Of a stretch of DNA of 64,000 nucleotides, positions 20,658 through 32,275 are shown piece by piece. How positions within the stretch are numbered: the stretch's first letter is position 1; each line of letters begins with the position of its first letter. Where the stretch lies: assembly GCA_001600695.1 (NCBI GenBank), contig BCKQ01000009.1:546772-610771 (forward strand). The letters are read 5' to 3'. Source of the stretch: Ascoidea asiatica JCM 7603. Lineage: Eukaryota > Fungi > Ascomycota. A program made the position numbers and the translations under genes. Below the pieces are notes generated by a model. It did not search any database. It was not told where the DNA came from and saw only the letters and a list, made by a program, of their open reading frames with translations.

Positions 20658-22208
20658 ATGTCATTAAATATAAATAAAACTGAATTATCTGAAAATAACC
20701 TTTCAGGTTCAAATTCAGGTTCAAATTCAATAAATTCAAAAGATATTGAAAAAAATTCAAAATTTAATTTTATTTCTGAAAAAATTAAAGATTCTGAAAT
20801 TGATTTATTAGCAAATGAATTAAATATAAATCAAAATAAATTAATATGGAAAATAGATTTATGTGTTGTACCTCCATTTTGTTTATTATATTTCTTATCT
20901 TTTTTAGATAGAGTTAATATTTCAAATGCAAAAGTTTATGGAATGGCAACTGATTTAAATTTAAAAGGTAATGAATATAATACTGCTTTAACTTTATTTT
21001 TTGTACCATATGTATTTTTTGAATTATTTTCAAATTATGCTTTAAGATTTATACAACCTCATCTTTGGTTAAGTGCTTGTATTTTATGTTTTGGTGCAAT
21101 TTCAATTGGTATGGGTTTTGTAAAAAGTTTTGGTGGTTTATGTGCTTGTAGATTTTTATTAGGTATTTTTGAAGCTTCAACTTTTGCTGCAATTTTTTAT
21201 ATATTATCTAATTTTTATATTAAAAAAGAAGCTCAAAGAAGATTTTCTGCATTTTTTTCAGTTACATGTCTTGCAGGTGCTTGTGCTGGTGCTTTAGCTT
21301 ATAAAATTAAAGATTTAGATGGTGTTCATGGTTATTCATCTTGGAGATGGATTTTTATCATTGAAGGTTCTTTCACTGCAGGTTTAGCAATTTTATTATT
21401 TTTTATCATTCCAGATTTCCCAGAATCTTGTAGATTTTTAAGTAAAAATGAAAAAAATTTTTTAAAGAAAAAATTAGCAATTTATGCTGGTGATTCAGGT
21501 TATGAAGTTAAAAATACTCCAAAAGATGTTATAGAAGTTTTTAAAGATCCAATTATTTGGATTACTGGTTTAGCATATTTTGGTTTAATTATACCATCTT
21601 ATGGTTATGCTTTTTTCGCAACAAGTATTATTCAAGAATTTGGTTATACTGCTATTGAAACTCAAAGACATAGTATTTATCCATGGATTGTAGCTTTCGG
21701 TTGGTGTAATATAACTTCATTTATTTCAGATAGAATTGAAAAAAGATATCCAATTGCAATTCTTAATGGTTGTATTGCAATTATTGGTTTAGCTTTATGT
21801 CTTGGTATAAAAAGTGATATTCATGGTAAATATGCTGGTTGTTTCTTAGCTGTTACTGGTTTATATTCATGTATGCCAATTTTAGTTTGTTGGACAGCAT
21901 TAAATTATGGTGGTCATATACGTAAATCTGTTGGTACTGCATGGCAAATTGGTTTCGGTAATATTGGTGGTATTATTGCAACTTATATTTTCTTATCTGG
22001 TGATGCTCCACGTTATGTAAAAGGTTTAAGTATTTCTGTTGCTTTTGTTGTATTTGCTTTATTCTTTATGACTGTTTATGTATTTTTATTAATGAAAAGA
22101 AATAAAGAAAAAATAAGTACTGAATATCATCAAAAATTTTCAGATTTATCAGAAAGAGATCAAATTTTAGCTGGTGATAAACATCCTTCAATTCCATATC
22201 TTTATTGA
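20658..22208 (+). CDS. MFS transporter, allantoate permease/ACS family (TNA1/DAL5-like)
   Basis: KIDLCVVPPFCLLYFLSFLDRVNISNAK, RFLLGIFEA, WRWIFIIEG, PDFPESCRFL, GFGNIGGIIA and C-terminal HPSIPYLY; about 12 hydrophobic segments. TATATAAAAG near 20473. Confidence 0.92.
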   Translation: MSLNINKTELSENNLSGSNSGSNSINSKDIEKNSKFNFISEKIKDSEIDLLANELNINQNKLIWKIDLCVVPPFCLLYFLSFLDRVNISNAKVYGMATDLNLKGNEYNTALTLFFVPYVFFELFSNYALRFIQPHLWLSACILCFGAISIGMGFVKSFGGLCACRFLLGIFEASTFAAIFYILSNFYIKKEAQRRFSAFFSVTCLAGACAGALAYKIKDLDGVHGYSSWRWIFIIEGSFTAGLAILLFFIIPDFPESCRFLSKNEKNFLKKKLAIYAGDSGYEVKNTPKDVIEVFKDPIIWITGLAYFGLIIPSYGYAFFATSIIQEFGYTAIETQRHSIYPWIVAFGWCNITSFISDRIEKRYPIAILNGCIAIIGLALCLGIKSDIHGKYAGCFLAVTGLYSCMPILVCWTALNYGGHIRKSVGTAWQIGFGNIGGIIATYIFLSGDAPRYVKGLSISVAFVVFALFFMTVYVFLLMKRNKEKISTEYHQKFSDLSERDQILAGDKHPSIPYLY

Positions 22209-22563
22209 TTTATCAAAATTTCATTTTTATACATAAATTCAAAATTCCTCATATTTTTATCTTTTTTTATTTTTTTCATTTTTCATTTTTCATTTTTCCT
22301 TTTTACTTTCTTGCTTTTTTAGCTTTTAATGTTTTTAATGTTGCGCTCCTGGTTATATTAAACGAATTAATGTGGTCCCTCAAAATAAATTAATTATATA
22401 TATATAAAAATGTCTTTTGAATTGTAGAAAAAGTTTCATTGATTACTTTTCAAAAGTCTCTTTAAGTTTAACTTATGTTTTAGAAAACTTTAATTGTTTA
22501 TTTAACTTTGTAAAGTTATATATCCTTTTTAAGTATTAAACATTATTTATGTCATTATTATCA

Positions 22564-24492
22564 TCATAATGGAGAACATTCTCTTTCTAACCAAGCAGAA
22601 GCAATTTCATCATCTTTTAAACATGGACCAATTTCTTTTAAAATTAATTCATATTTTTTATTAATTTTTTCAATTTCAAATTTAGTTAAAAGTTTTTTAT
22701 TAATTAATTTTCTACAATATGGAACTAAAGTAATATCTTCAAAAGTTAAAAATATTGTTTTATTTTCAGGTTTATTAATAGATTCATCAGCTTTTATTAC
22801 AATTAAATCACTTTCAATTCTTATACCATATTCATTATCTTTATAATAACCAGGTTCATCAGATATATAATTACCAATTTCAATTGGAAATAATTTATTT
22901 AAAGGTCTTTGACCAATACCAATTGGACCTTCATGAACATTTAAAAAAGATCCAATACCATGACCAGTACCATGTTTATAATCTAAACCATATTCCCATA
23001 AATATTGACGAGCAAGAATTTCAAGTTGATCACCTTTTGTACCAATTGGAAAAATTGAAGAACTTAAAGAAATATTACCTTTTAAAACAAGTGTATAATT
23101 ATTAATTTGTTCAAAAGTTGGATTTAAAAAATGAAAAGTTCTAGTAATATCAGTTGTACCTTCTAAATATTGAGAACCAGAATCATTTAAATAAATTTTA
23201 TTTGGATCAATTAATGAAGAATCAAATTCAGGTGGAGTATAATGAATTATTGAACCATTTGAACCAGAAGAAGAAATTGTTTCAAAAGATAAATCAATAA
23301 AATTTTCCATTTTTTTTTTAAAAAATTTTTGTTTAATTGAAGCTTGAAATTCATTAATTTTTGAATTTTTAATAATTAATTCATTTTCTAACCATGAAAA
23401 AAATTTAATTAAAGCAATTCCATCTTTTTTTTGAACAATTTTTGCACCATTTAATTCAATTTCATTTTTTTTTGATTTAAATAAATTTATTGGAGAATTA
23501 ATTTTTATATATTCACAATTTAAAGAATTTAAAATTTTATAAGTTGAAGAATTTGGTATTAAAATTTTTTCATTTTTATTTAATTTTTTTGTAAATGAAA
23601 TTAAATCATTAAAAAATTGATTATATGGTTTAATAATAATTTTACAAATATTTTTTAAATAATTTAAAATTTTTAATTTATCATCATTTAAATTTTCATA
23701 TCTTTCATTTATATCACAATATAAATAATAATTATTTTTAATAATTAAAAAATAAGAATAAAATACAGGATTATATAAAATATCATTTGCTCTTAAATTT
23801 AATAACCAAGCAATTTCATCTAAAGAATTAATTAAGAAATTATTTAAATTATTTTGTTTAATTAAATATTCATTTAATTTTTTTAATTTATCAAGAGTTG
23901 ATAAACCAGATAAATTTAAATTTAAATAAATAAATTTAGATAATTTTTTTAAAGGTTTATTTAACCAAATTAAATCAATTAAATTTTTATTAATTGAAAT
24001 TAAATTAATTTTAATTTTAATTTTAATTTTATTATCATTAATTATAATTTTTAATTTATTATTAATTAAATTTTGAAATAAATTTATTGAATCAATTGTA
24101 AATAAATTTGGATCAAAACCAATATTAATTGGTAATGAATTTTTAAAAGAATTTGAAAGATTTATTGAATAATTTAATAACCAAATTTGCCAAGAATTTA
24201 AAATTAATTGTTTTAAAAGAAACCAATTTGAATCTAATTGATTTGAAGCTTGTAAATAATATCTACCATCAGTTGAAAGTATTGCTTTATCATTTGTAAT
24301 TATTGCAATACCTGCAGAACCTGTAAAACCAGATATATAAGCTCTTCTTTGATCAGAAGGAGAAGTATATTCAGATTGATGATCATCTTCAGAAGGTACA
24401 ATATAAGCATGAATATTATTTTTTTTCATTTGAATTCTTAATGAATTCAATCTTTTACTTGTATCTAATTTTTGAAATTTAATGTCTGACAT
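22564..24492 (-). CDS. FRA1: Xaa-Pro aminopeptidase P (M24B)
   Basis: YIVPSEDDHQSEY, ISGFTGSAG, TDGRY, LDEIAWLLNLR, SFETIS, DSGSQYLEGTTDITRT, HGTGHGIGSFLNVHEGP, EPGYY, GIRIE. Confidence 0.9.
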   Translation of the reverse strand: MSDIKFQKLDTSKRLNSLRIQMKKNNIHAYIVPSEDDHQSEYTSPSDQRRAYISGFTGSAGIAIITNDKAILSTDGRYYLQASNQLDSNWFLLKQLILNSWQIWLLNYSINLSNSFKNSLPINIGFDPNLFTIDSINLFQNLINNKLKIIINDNKIKIKIKINLISINKNLIDLIWLNKPLKKLSKFIYLNLNLSGLSTLDKLKKLNEYLIKQNNLNNFLINSLDEIAWLLNLRANDILYNPVFYSYFLIIKNNYYLYCDINERYENLNDDKLKILNYLKNICKIIIKPYNQFFNDLISFTKKLNKNEKILIPNSSTYKILNSLNCEYIKINSPINLFKSKKNEIELNGAKIVQKKDGIALIKFFSWLENELIIKNSKINEFQASIKQKFFKKKMENFIDLSFETISSSGSNGSIIHYTPPEFDSSLIDPNKIYLNDSGSQYLEGTTDITRTFHFLNPTFEQINNYTLVLKGNISLSSSIFPIGTKGDQLEILARQYLWEYGLDYKHGTGHGIGSFLNVHEGPIGIGQRPLNKLFPIEIGNYISDEPGYYKDNEYGIRIESDLIVIKADESINKPENKTIFLTFEDITLVPYCRKLINKKLLTKFEIEKINKKYELILKEIGPCLKDDEIASAWLERECSPL

Positions 24493-24695
24493 TGTATCTA
24501 TTCTTTAATTACTTTATTATTTGTTATATTATCTATTTATTATTATAATTATCATTGTTATTAAATTTAAGGGATAAATATACAATATATTTAATATATT
24601 AAATATATTAAATATTTATATGGGGGAGTGTTACGTAATCACGGATTACCTAATAATGTAATATATATTACCTAATCGGATATATAATATATATA

Positions 24696-25658
24696 TTACT
24701 TAATATCAATAGAATAATCAGGATTAAAAGAATTATTAAGTATTAATAAAGAATTTAAATAATCATTATTATTATATTTAATTAAAGCATTTGATAAATT
24801 ATTTGAAATACAAGAATTTAAATGTCTTTTAATAATTCTATCTTTAGTAATATTTAAATTTATATTAATATTCCAAAATTTAATAAATTTATAATTATTA
24901 TATTTTTTAAAAATTAAAGACCAAATTTTTTGATTTAATAAAAGATAATTACCTTCAATAATTAAAATTTTTGAAAATTTATTAATTTTAATATTAAATT
25001 TTAAAGGATTTTTTAAATTATGAATAAAATTAGGTATATGAATAGATTGTAAATGATTATTATAATTATTATTAATTGAAGAAAGATATAAAATATGAAT
25101 TAAATGAATGAATAAATTTGAATCAAAAGTAAATGGAGAACCTCTTCTTTGAATTGCATGATTTGAATTAATGAATTTATTTAAAATTTCTAAAGATAAA
25201 TGAAAACCATCCATTGGTATAACTTGAGCAATATCTAAGATGATATTATTATTATTATTAAAAGATAATTTAATTGAATTTTCTTTACATCTACCAGATA
25301 ATATAATTTCATTATTATTTAAATTAATTAATTTTCTTGGTTTATAATCTTCATCTTCATAATTAATTTTTTCAAATGGATTAAAATTTGATAAATTATT
25401 AATAAAATTTAAAATTTGATTATTTTTATTATTTAATTCATCTTTTAATGAAAAACTATTATCTTCAAAATTTTGTTTTTGTTCTTGTTCTTGTTGTTGT
25501 TCATTATATTTCTTATTTATTATATTTATAACATTTTTTGAAATTGTTGATTTTCCAGAACCTGGAATTCCAGATAAAAAAATTAAAATTCTTTTATTAT
25601 TATTTTTTTTTAATAAATTTATGGCTTTTTCTGCCAAATTATTATAAATTTCATCCAT
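24696..25658 (-). CDS. YFH7: P-loop kinase of the PRK/URK/PANK family
   Basis: LSGIPGSGKST Walker A, IPMDGFH, RRGSPFTFD, IIEGNYLLL, RIIKRHL. Confidence 0.85.
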   Translation of the reverse strand: MDEIYNNLAEKAINLLKKNNNKRILIFLSGIPGSGKSTISKNVINIINKKYNEQQQEQEQKQNFEDNSFSLKDELNNKNNQILNFINNLSNFNPFEKINYEDEDYKPRKLINLNNNEIILSGRCKENSIKLSFNNNNNIILDIAQVIPMDGFHLSLEILNKFINSNHAIQRRGSPFTFDSNLFIHLIHILYLSSINNNYNNHLQSIHIPNFIHNLKNPLKFNIKINKFSKILIIEGNYLLLNQKIWSLIFKKYNNYKFIKFWNININLNITKDRIIKRHLNSCISNNLSNALIKYNNNDYLNSLLILNNSFNPDYSIDIK

Positions 25659-25849
25659 TAAATGATTTTTTTATTTTATTGAATATGTCAATAAAACAAT
25701 TAATTGAATTGAATTGAATTGAATTGAATTGAATTGAAAGAAGTGAAAAAGGATTAGAATAAACTATTACAATTACAATTACAATTACAATTACAGATAG
25801 AGTATATTATGTGAGAGGTACATAATATATTGTAGGAGTTGCATGGTAA

Positions 25850-26232
25850 GAGTGTCAGGTGACCTAGTGCGGACGGAAAACAACTAGCCACACCTGATTG
25901 ACATTAAAAGCCACTAGTAGACTAAAGAAGAAATCTTGGGGGGCAGTGCACGGTGCCTCTAGTTCCCGTGGTCCGGGTGTTTTCTGGCGGTGCAGCCGGA
26001 CGACAGCCGGACGACAGCCGGTCCGCTGGCCGAGGTGCGACGCGGTGAGCGCTGTGATTGGCTGGACAGGAGCTGGACTGGTGCTGGACTGGTCCTTTAC
26101 CCCAGATTCCAGCAGAGCAGCAGAAGTTGCTTCGGTAGCAGCGTTTGCAGGGTTTGGTGTTTGTGGTGCAGTGCTCTGATTTGACACTGCTTCCACTGCT
26201 GCTGCTCCTTTTTCTTCTTCTTCATGGGCCAT
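25850..26232. promoter_or_regulatory. GC-rich island in the divergent YFH7/ICL1 intergenic region, with tandem CGG-containing repeats
   Basis: 43/60 G+C in 25981-26040; CAGCCGGACGA x2 plus CAGCCGG at 25993-26021; TTGGGG (Adr1-like) near 25936. Confidence 0.5.
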
Positions 26233-26856
26233 GGTTACTTTCTACTTCTCTTCACTGTTCAAATATACTGAATCATGTCTCTTTCCAGCTCCACTCACCT
26301 CAATACTCTAATTATTATTACCTTTACTTCTTTTACTTCACTCATCGATGATTCAATTTCCAATTCAATTTCCAATTCAATTTCCAATTTCTTTTTCTTT
26401 TTCCTTTTTCCTTTTTCCAAATTTTTTCATTTCCCAAATTGTAAAAATTCATTCATTTTAAATTTTACTTTCTTTTCGAAATTATTATAACTTCCATTAA
26501 TGCTTAAAATTTATTTCAATAGAATTTATTAAAATTCATAAATATTTAAAATTTAACTTAATTATTAAAATGATTCAATCAAAATGATTCAATCAAAATG
26601 ATTCAAACAATCAATATATTTAAAATTATTACTATTTCAATTATCCAATCATCCAATCAATTTCTTCTTTCTTTATTCATTTAATTTATTATTAATTATT
26701 AATTATTAATTATTAATTAGTAATTGGTAATTCATGATTGATAATGAAATATTTTTTCATATAAAAGATCTTAATTTCTTTCAATTTATTAATATATTTT
26801 ATTTCTTTTATTTCTTTATTCAAAATCAAATACAATCAATAAATTAAATAATTAAA

Positions 26857-28500
26857 ATGGTTTATACTGCAGTTGATATTGATATTGAAGATCAAAAATT
26901 TCAACAAGAAATTAAAGATATTGAAGAATGGTGGTCACAACCACGTTGGTCACAAACTAAAAGAATTTATACTGCAAAAGATATTGCAAAAAAAAGAGGT
27001 AATTTAAAAATTAATTATCCTTCTTCAATTCAATCAAAAAAATTATTTAATTTATTATCAAATCATTTTAAAAATAAAACTGCTTCTTTTACTTTTGGTG
27101 CTTTAGATCCAATTCATATAACTCAAATGTCAAAATATCTTGATACAATTTATGTTTCTGGTTGGCAATGTTCTTCAACTGCTTCAACTTCAAATGAACC
27201 AAGTCCAGATTTAGCTGATTATCCAATGGATACAGTTCCAAATAAAGTTCAACAATTATTTTTTTCTCAATTATTTCATGATCGTAAACAAAATGAAGAA
27301 AGATTAAATATTTTAAATAAAATTGATAGAAAAAATTTAAATTTTATTGATTATTTAAGACCAATAATTGCTGATGCTGATACTGGTCATGGTGGTATAA
27401 CTGCAATAATAAAATTAACTAAATTATTTATTGAAAGAGGTGCTGCTGGTATTCATATTGAAGATCAAGCTCCTGGTACAAAAAAATGTGGTCATATGGC
27501 TGGTAAAGTTTTAGTACCTGTTCAAGAACATATAAATAGATTAATTGCAATTAGAACTTCTGCTGATATTATGAATTCAGATTTATTATGTGTTGCAAGA
27601 ACTGATTCTGAAGCTGCAACTTTATTAACTTCAACAATTGATAAAAGAGATCATTTTTTTATCTTAGGTTCAACAAATCCAAATTTACCTGATTTAATAA
27701 CTGTAATGACAGAAGCTGAATTAAATGGTATTAATGGTAATGAATTATCAAAAATTGAAAATAATTGGTTAAAAAAAGCAAATTTAAAATTATTTAATCA
27801 ACATGTTATTGATGAAATTAATAATGGTAATTATTCAAATAAAGATTATTTAATTAATAAATTTAATTCAATTATTACTCCAACAAGTGGAATTTCAAAT
27901 AAAGATGCAAGAGCTTTAGCTAAAAAATTATTAGGTAAAGATTTATATTTTAATTGGGAATCTCCAAAAGTTAGAGAAGGTTATTATAGATATCAAGGTG
28001 GTACTCAATGTGCTATAAATCGTGCAAGAGCTTATGCTCCATATGCTGATATTATTTGGATGGAATCAAGATTACCTGATTTTAATCAAGCTATTGAATT
28101 TGCAAATGGTGTTAAATCAATTTATCCAAATAAATGGTTATCATATAATTTATCACCATCATTTAATTGGAATAAAGCTATGAAACCAGAAGATCAAGAA
28201 ACTTTTATTAAAAGATTAGCAAAATTAGGTTATGTTTGGCAATTTATAACTTTAGCTGGATTACATGTAACTGCTTTAGCAATTGATAATTTCTCAAGAG
28301 ATTATTCAAAAATTGGTATGAAAGCATATGGACAAAATGTTCAAGCTCCAGAAATTGAAAATGGTGTTGAAGTTGTTAAACATCAAAAATGGTCTGGTGC
28401 TGAATATATTGATAATTTATTAAAAATGGTAACTGGTGGAGTTTCTTCAACTGCTGCAATGGGTAAAGGTGTCACCGAAGATCAATTTAAAAGTACTTAA
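26857..28500 (+). CDS. ICL1: Isocitrate lyase
   Basis: [30 protein letters not shown], catalytic [44 protein letters not shown]. Confidence 0.98.
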   Translation: MVYTAVDIDIEDQKFQQEIKDIEEWWSQPRWSQTKRIYTAKDIAKKRGNLKINYPSSIQSKKLFNLLSNHFKNKTASFTFGALDPIHITQMSKYLDTIYVSGWQCSSTASTSNEPSPDLADYPMDTVPNKVQQLFFSQLFHDRKQNEERLNILNKIDRKNLNFIDYLRPIIADADTGHGGITAIIKLTKLFIERGAAGIHIEDQAPGTKKCGHMAGKVLVPVQEHINRLIAIRTSADIMNSDLLCVARTDSEAATLLTSTIDKRDHFFILGSTNPNLPDLITVMTEAELNGINGNELSKIENNWLKKANLKLFNQHVIDEINNGNYSNKDYLINKFNSIITPTSGISNKDARALAKKLLGKDLYFNWESPKVREGYYRYQGGTQCAINRARAYAPYADIIWMESRLPDFNQAIEFANGVKSIYPNKWLSYNLSPSFNWNKAMKPEDQETFIKRLAKLGYVWQFITLAGLHVTALAIDNFSRDYSKIGMKAYGQNVQAPEIENGVEVVKHQKWSGAEYIDNLLKMVTGGVSSTAAMGKGVTEDQFKST

Positions 28501-29955
28501 ATATTTATCTATTTATCTCTTTATCTCTTTATCTCTTTATATTTCTATTTATATTTATACAACAAAATAAAATAATATACATATTGCATTAAATTATTAA
28601 GTACAATTTCTAAATACACCTATTACTATTCAATTATACTATGATTTATATAAAAAGGGGGTGAAATGTTTAAAATTTAAAATTAAATTAAATCTTCAAT
28701 TAAAAAAATAATCATTTATTCATTTATTCAATTATTCAATTATTCAATTATTCATTTATTCAATTATCCATCTATTCAAATATTCATTACTTCATTCATT
28801 TTCTTACCCTTTTTTTATGCATTTATCAATGTACCCCATAATTTTCAAATTTTCTACCCATTTTTATTCACTTTATCCATTATATCCATTATATCCATTT
28901 AAACCTTTTATTATGTAAATATTTTTGATAGGATTTTTAATTAATCTAAGAGTATACTTCATATTAATTAAAAGGTAGATGTCCTCAGATATCCTTGTAA
29001 TATTAAAGTATATATATTTTATATTAAAAGTTTATTAAAAGTATTCGTATTATTAGTAATAATAAATCTAAATACTTAAATTGATCATCAAAGGAAGTTA
29101 AGTATATGAATAAATTCCCCAAAATCACTATATTCCCATTTTCCAAGATTCAAATTTCATTTAACTTATTCAATCTCATTCAATTCAGTAATATACAGTA
29201 TATTTTTTATATTTATTTCAAATATATTTGTATGAATTTTCTGCTCGTAAATATTGTAAATTTGAAACAAAGTTCAAATCCGGTCTAAAAAAAATCTTGC
29301 CATATTTTTACATTAAAGCAAGCTTCATCTCTTTATTTATTTATTTATTTTATTACTTTAACAAAACCAGCAGAAAGCAATCCTTTTTTTTCTTTTTTTT
29401 CTTTTTTTTCTTAACTTTCTTAACTTTCTTAACTTTCTTATTATCATCTCATATTTTTTCCAATGGAAATAAAGGAAACTTCGAAATTTTCTAATCAGAA
29501 ACTAAATAAAATAATTTCATCCAATAATTTCAATATTTTCAAAATTTTGAATAAAAATTATAAGGTTAATATGTTTTAATTCCGTTTGATTCTATGTCCC
29601 TTTGTACTTTTATATGCATTCTCTTTGAAATATTATAATAATTGAATTTTATTAACTTGCTTTAGTTTATGATAATTGTAAGGATTAAAATTGTGTGATA
29701 TTAGTTTATTCAATCCCCTTTTTTTAAAAATAATATACTTTACAATGAATTGAATTGATTAATTTTAATGAATTCGAGTATATAAATCATACATTAGTCT
29801 CATTATTATTTTCAATCAAGAAATAATTATTTATCATTAATAACTATTTGAATAATAAACAATATATTATTATTTACATTACTTACTTACTTATTTAATT
29901 ACTTTATATTAAATTTCAATTATTTATCTCATACTAAAAAAAAAACTATATCAAA

Positions 29956-31038
29956 ATGATGAAAGCATTAGTATTTGAAGGAAAAAGTCAAAAATCTTGG
30001 AAAGATGTTCCAAAACCAAAAATTATTAAAGAAACAGATGCAATTATTAAAATCACAATGACTACAATTTGTGGATCTGATTTACATATTTTAAAAGGTG
30101 ATGTACCACAAATTAAATCTGGTAGAATTTTAGGTCATGAAGGAATTGGTTTAGTTGAAGAAATTGGTTCAAAAGTTACAAATTTTAAAAAAGGTGATAA
30201 AGTTATTATATCATGTATAACATCATGTGGTGATTGTATTTATTGTAAAAAAAATTTACAAGCTCATTGTATTAATGGTGGATGGATTTTAGGTAATGAA
30301 ATTAATGGTACTCAAGCTGAATTTATTCGTATACCATATGCAAATGATTCATTAATTTCAATACCAAAATCTTGTAAATTAAAAGATGAAGAATTATTAA
30401 TGTTAAGTGATGCTTTACCAACAGGTAATGAAGTTGGTTCAATTAGTGCCAAAATTTCAGAAGGTGATATTATTGCAATTATTGGTTGTGGACCAGTTGG
30501 AATGGGAGCTTTATTAACTTCAAAAGTTTTTAAACCAAAAGCAATTATAATGATTGATATGGATGATGAAAGATTAAAAGTTGCAAAAGATAAACTTGGT
30601 GCAACTCATACTATAAATCCAAATAAAATTTCTGGTAAATTAATTGATGAAATTAATAAAATTACAAATGAATTCTCAAATGAAAGAAAAGGTTTAAAAC
30701 CTGGTGTTGATGCTGCAATTGAATGTGTTGGAATTCCAAAAACTTTTGAAATGTGTCAAGAAATTATTGCTCCAGGTGGTAGAATTGCAAATGTTGGAGT
30801 TCATGGTTCAAAAGTTGATTTACAATTACAAGATTTATGGATTAAAAATATTAATATTTCAACAGGTTTAGTCTCAGCTTATTCAACAAAAGGTTTATTA
30901 AAAAATATGGAAGATGGAGTTTTAGATGCTGGAAAATTAGTTTCTCATAGATTTAAATTAGATAATATTATTGAAGCTTATGAAACTTTTGGTAATGCTG
31001 CTAAAGAAAAATGTATTAAAGTTGCTTTAAGTAAATGA
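29956..31038 (+). CDS. Zinc-dependent medium-chain alcohol dehydrogenase, bacterial FDH-like ADH type
   Basis: TTICGSDLHILKGDVP, GRILGHEGIG, structural Zn CGDCIYC-x7-C, GGWILGNEINGTQAEF, LSDALPTG, GCGPVG, IANVGVHG. Not Adh1-like. Confidence 0.92.
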   Translation: MMKALVFEGKSQKSWKDVPKPKIIKETDAIIKITMTTICGSDLHILKGDVPQIKSGRILGHEGIGLVEEIGSKVTNFKKGDKVIISCITSCGDCIYCKKNLQAHCINGGWILGNEINGTQAEFIRIPYANDSLISIPKSCKLKDEELLMLSDALPTGNEVGSISAKISEGDIIAIIGCGPVGMGALLTSKVFKPKAIIMIDMDDERLKVAKDKLGATHTINPNKISGKLIDEINKITNEFSNERKGLKPGVDAAIECVGIPKTFEMCQEIIAPGGRIANVGVHGSKVDLQLQDLWIKNINISTGLVSAYSTKGLLKNMEDGVLDAGKLVSHRFKLDNIIEAYETFGNAAKEKCIKVALSK

Positions 31039-31189
31039 ATATAAAAAAATCAAAAATTTATCTTATCTTTTTCTCTCAATTTTTAATGTATTAAATACTA
31101 AGTAACGTTGTATAGCAATTTTAGTATAATAATGAACAAAATATTTTTAACGCCAATTATTCGGATCCCCTTATTTACTTTTAAATTCT

Positions 31190-31600
31190 GACACCAAAAC
31201 TGTGGGTTTTCTTTATGGCACTTTTTGGATGAGAATTTAAAAGGTGGGCTCCCGAAGATCCGAAAACTTAACCGTAAACGTGTTCGGACGCGACTAAAAT
31301 GTATAAAAATGCAGGAGTCTCTGTACTTGCAGAAGGCACACGATTTGTTGTGGCGTTTGAGGAAAAAAGTGGAAAGTGGAATTGCGCGCATTTTCTTAAG
31401 GAAAAGGGGTTTGGGAATCTAGAATTGCGCAGTGTGCGCAGTGTGCGCGGTTTGTGTTTTGTATGTGGCTCGTGTTTCTGCGTGGCTGGCGAGTGTTGCG
31501 AAGCATTCCCGCAGAACTGCAGCGCAGTCGAGTCTGGCTGTTTTAAGGTATTACTGCAGTTGTTTCTGCTCTTTCTGCCGGAGTGATCCTTCCCAGGTCT
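31190..31600. promoter_or_regulatory. GC-rich island upstream of the 497-aa gene
   Basis: Abrupt GC increase; AAACTGTGG (Met31/32-like) at 31197-31205; TGCGCAGTG tandem near 31426-31450. Confidence 0.4.
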
Positions 31601-32275
31601 GGAATACTTGTTTATTTTCCCACTTTATTTGATTTATCTCAATTTCTAACATCAATTTCAATATCAAATACGTATTTTATATTATTTTATTTAAAAACAA
31701 ATCAAAATTATAAATCAATCTTAGCTAATATTTCAAAACATATTTATATTCATTCTTATTTTCATATAATTCAATATATATTTATATTTATATTTATATT
31801 TATATTTAATTTAAATCAAAATCAATTAAATCAAATCATTCATTCATTTTTTAAATCAATTACTTCATTCGTTTCTTAATTATTCATTTATTATTTAGTG
31901 AAATACATTTACCAAATTCATTCTAATTTCTGACTCCTCACCACATACATTTCTATTTAACATTTAATTATTTATGTAAATCTGATTTAATCTGATAAAT
32001 CACTTACCTTTCATAAATTTCATATCATAGACATTATTCTCACTAATTTTCAAAAAAGTATCCTTTTTTTTTGTTTTCTAAAAAGACTTTTATGAGATAA
32101 ATAATACTGAATAAAATCAAATCAAATCAAATCAAATTATACAAAACATAATTTCAACTTTTAATTCAACTTTATAACTTCTTTAAACTTCATTTTGTAA
32201 TATTCTTTAAAAATATATAAAACTCTTAATAATATCAATACCACATATTAATAATAAAATTAATTATTAATAATA

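Noticed and set aside
31098-31879. Cluster of 65-98 aa ORFs downstream of the ADH
   Set aside because: GC-island or AT low-complexity artefacts without protein signatures.
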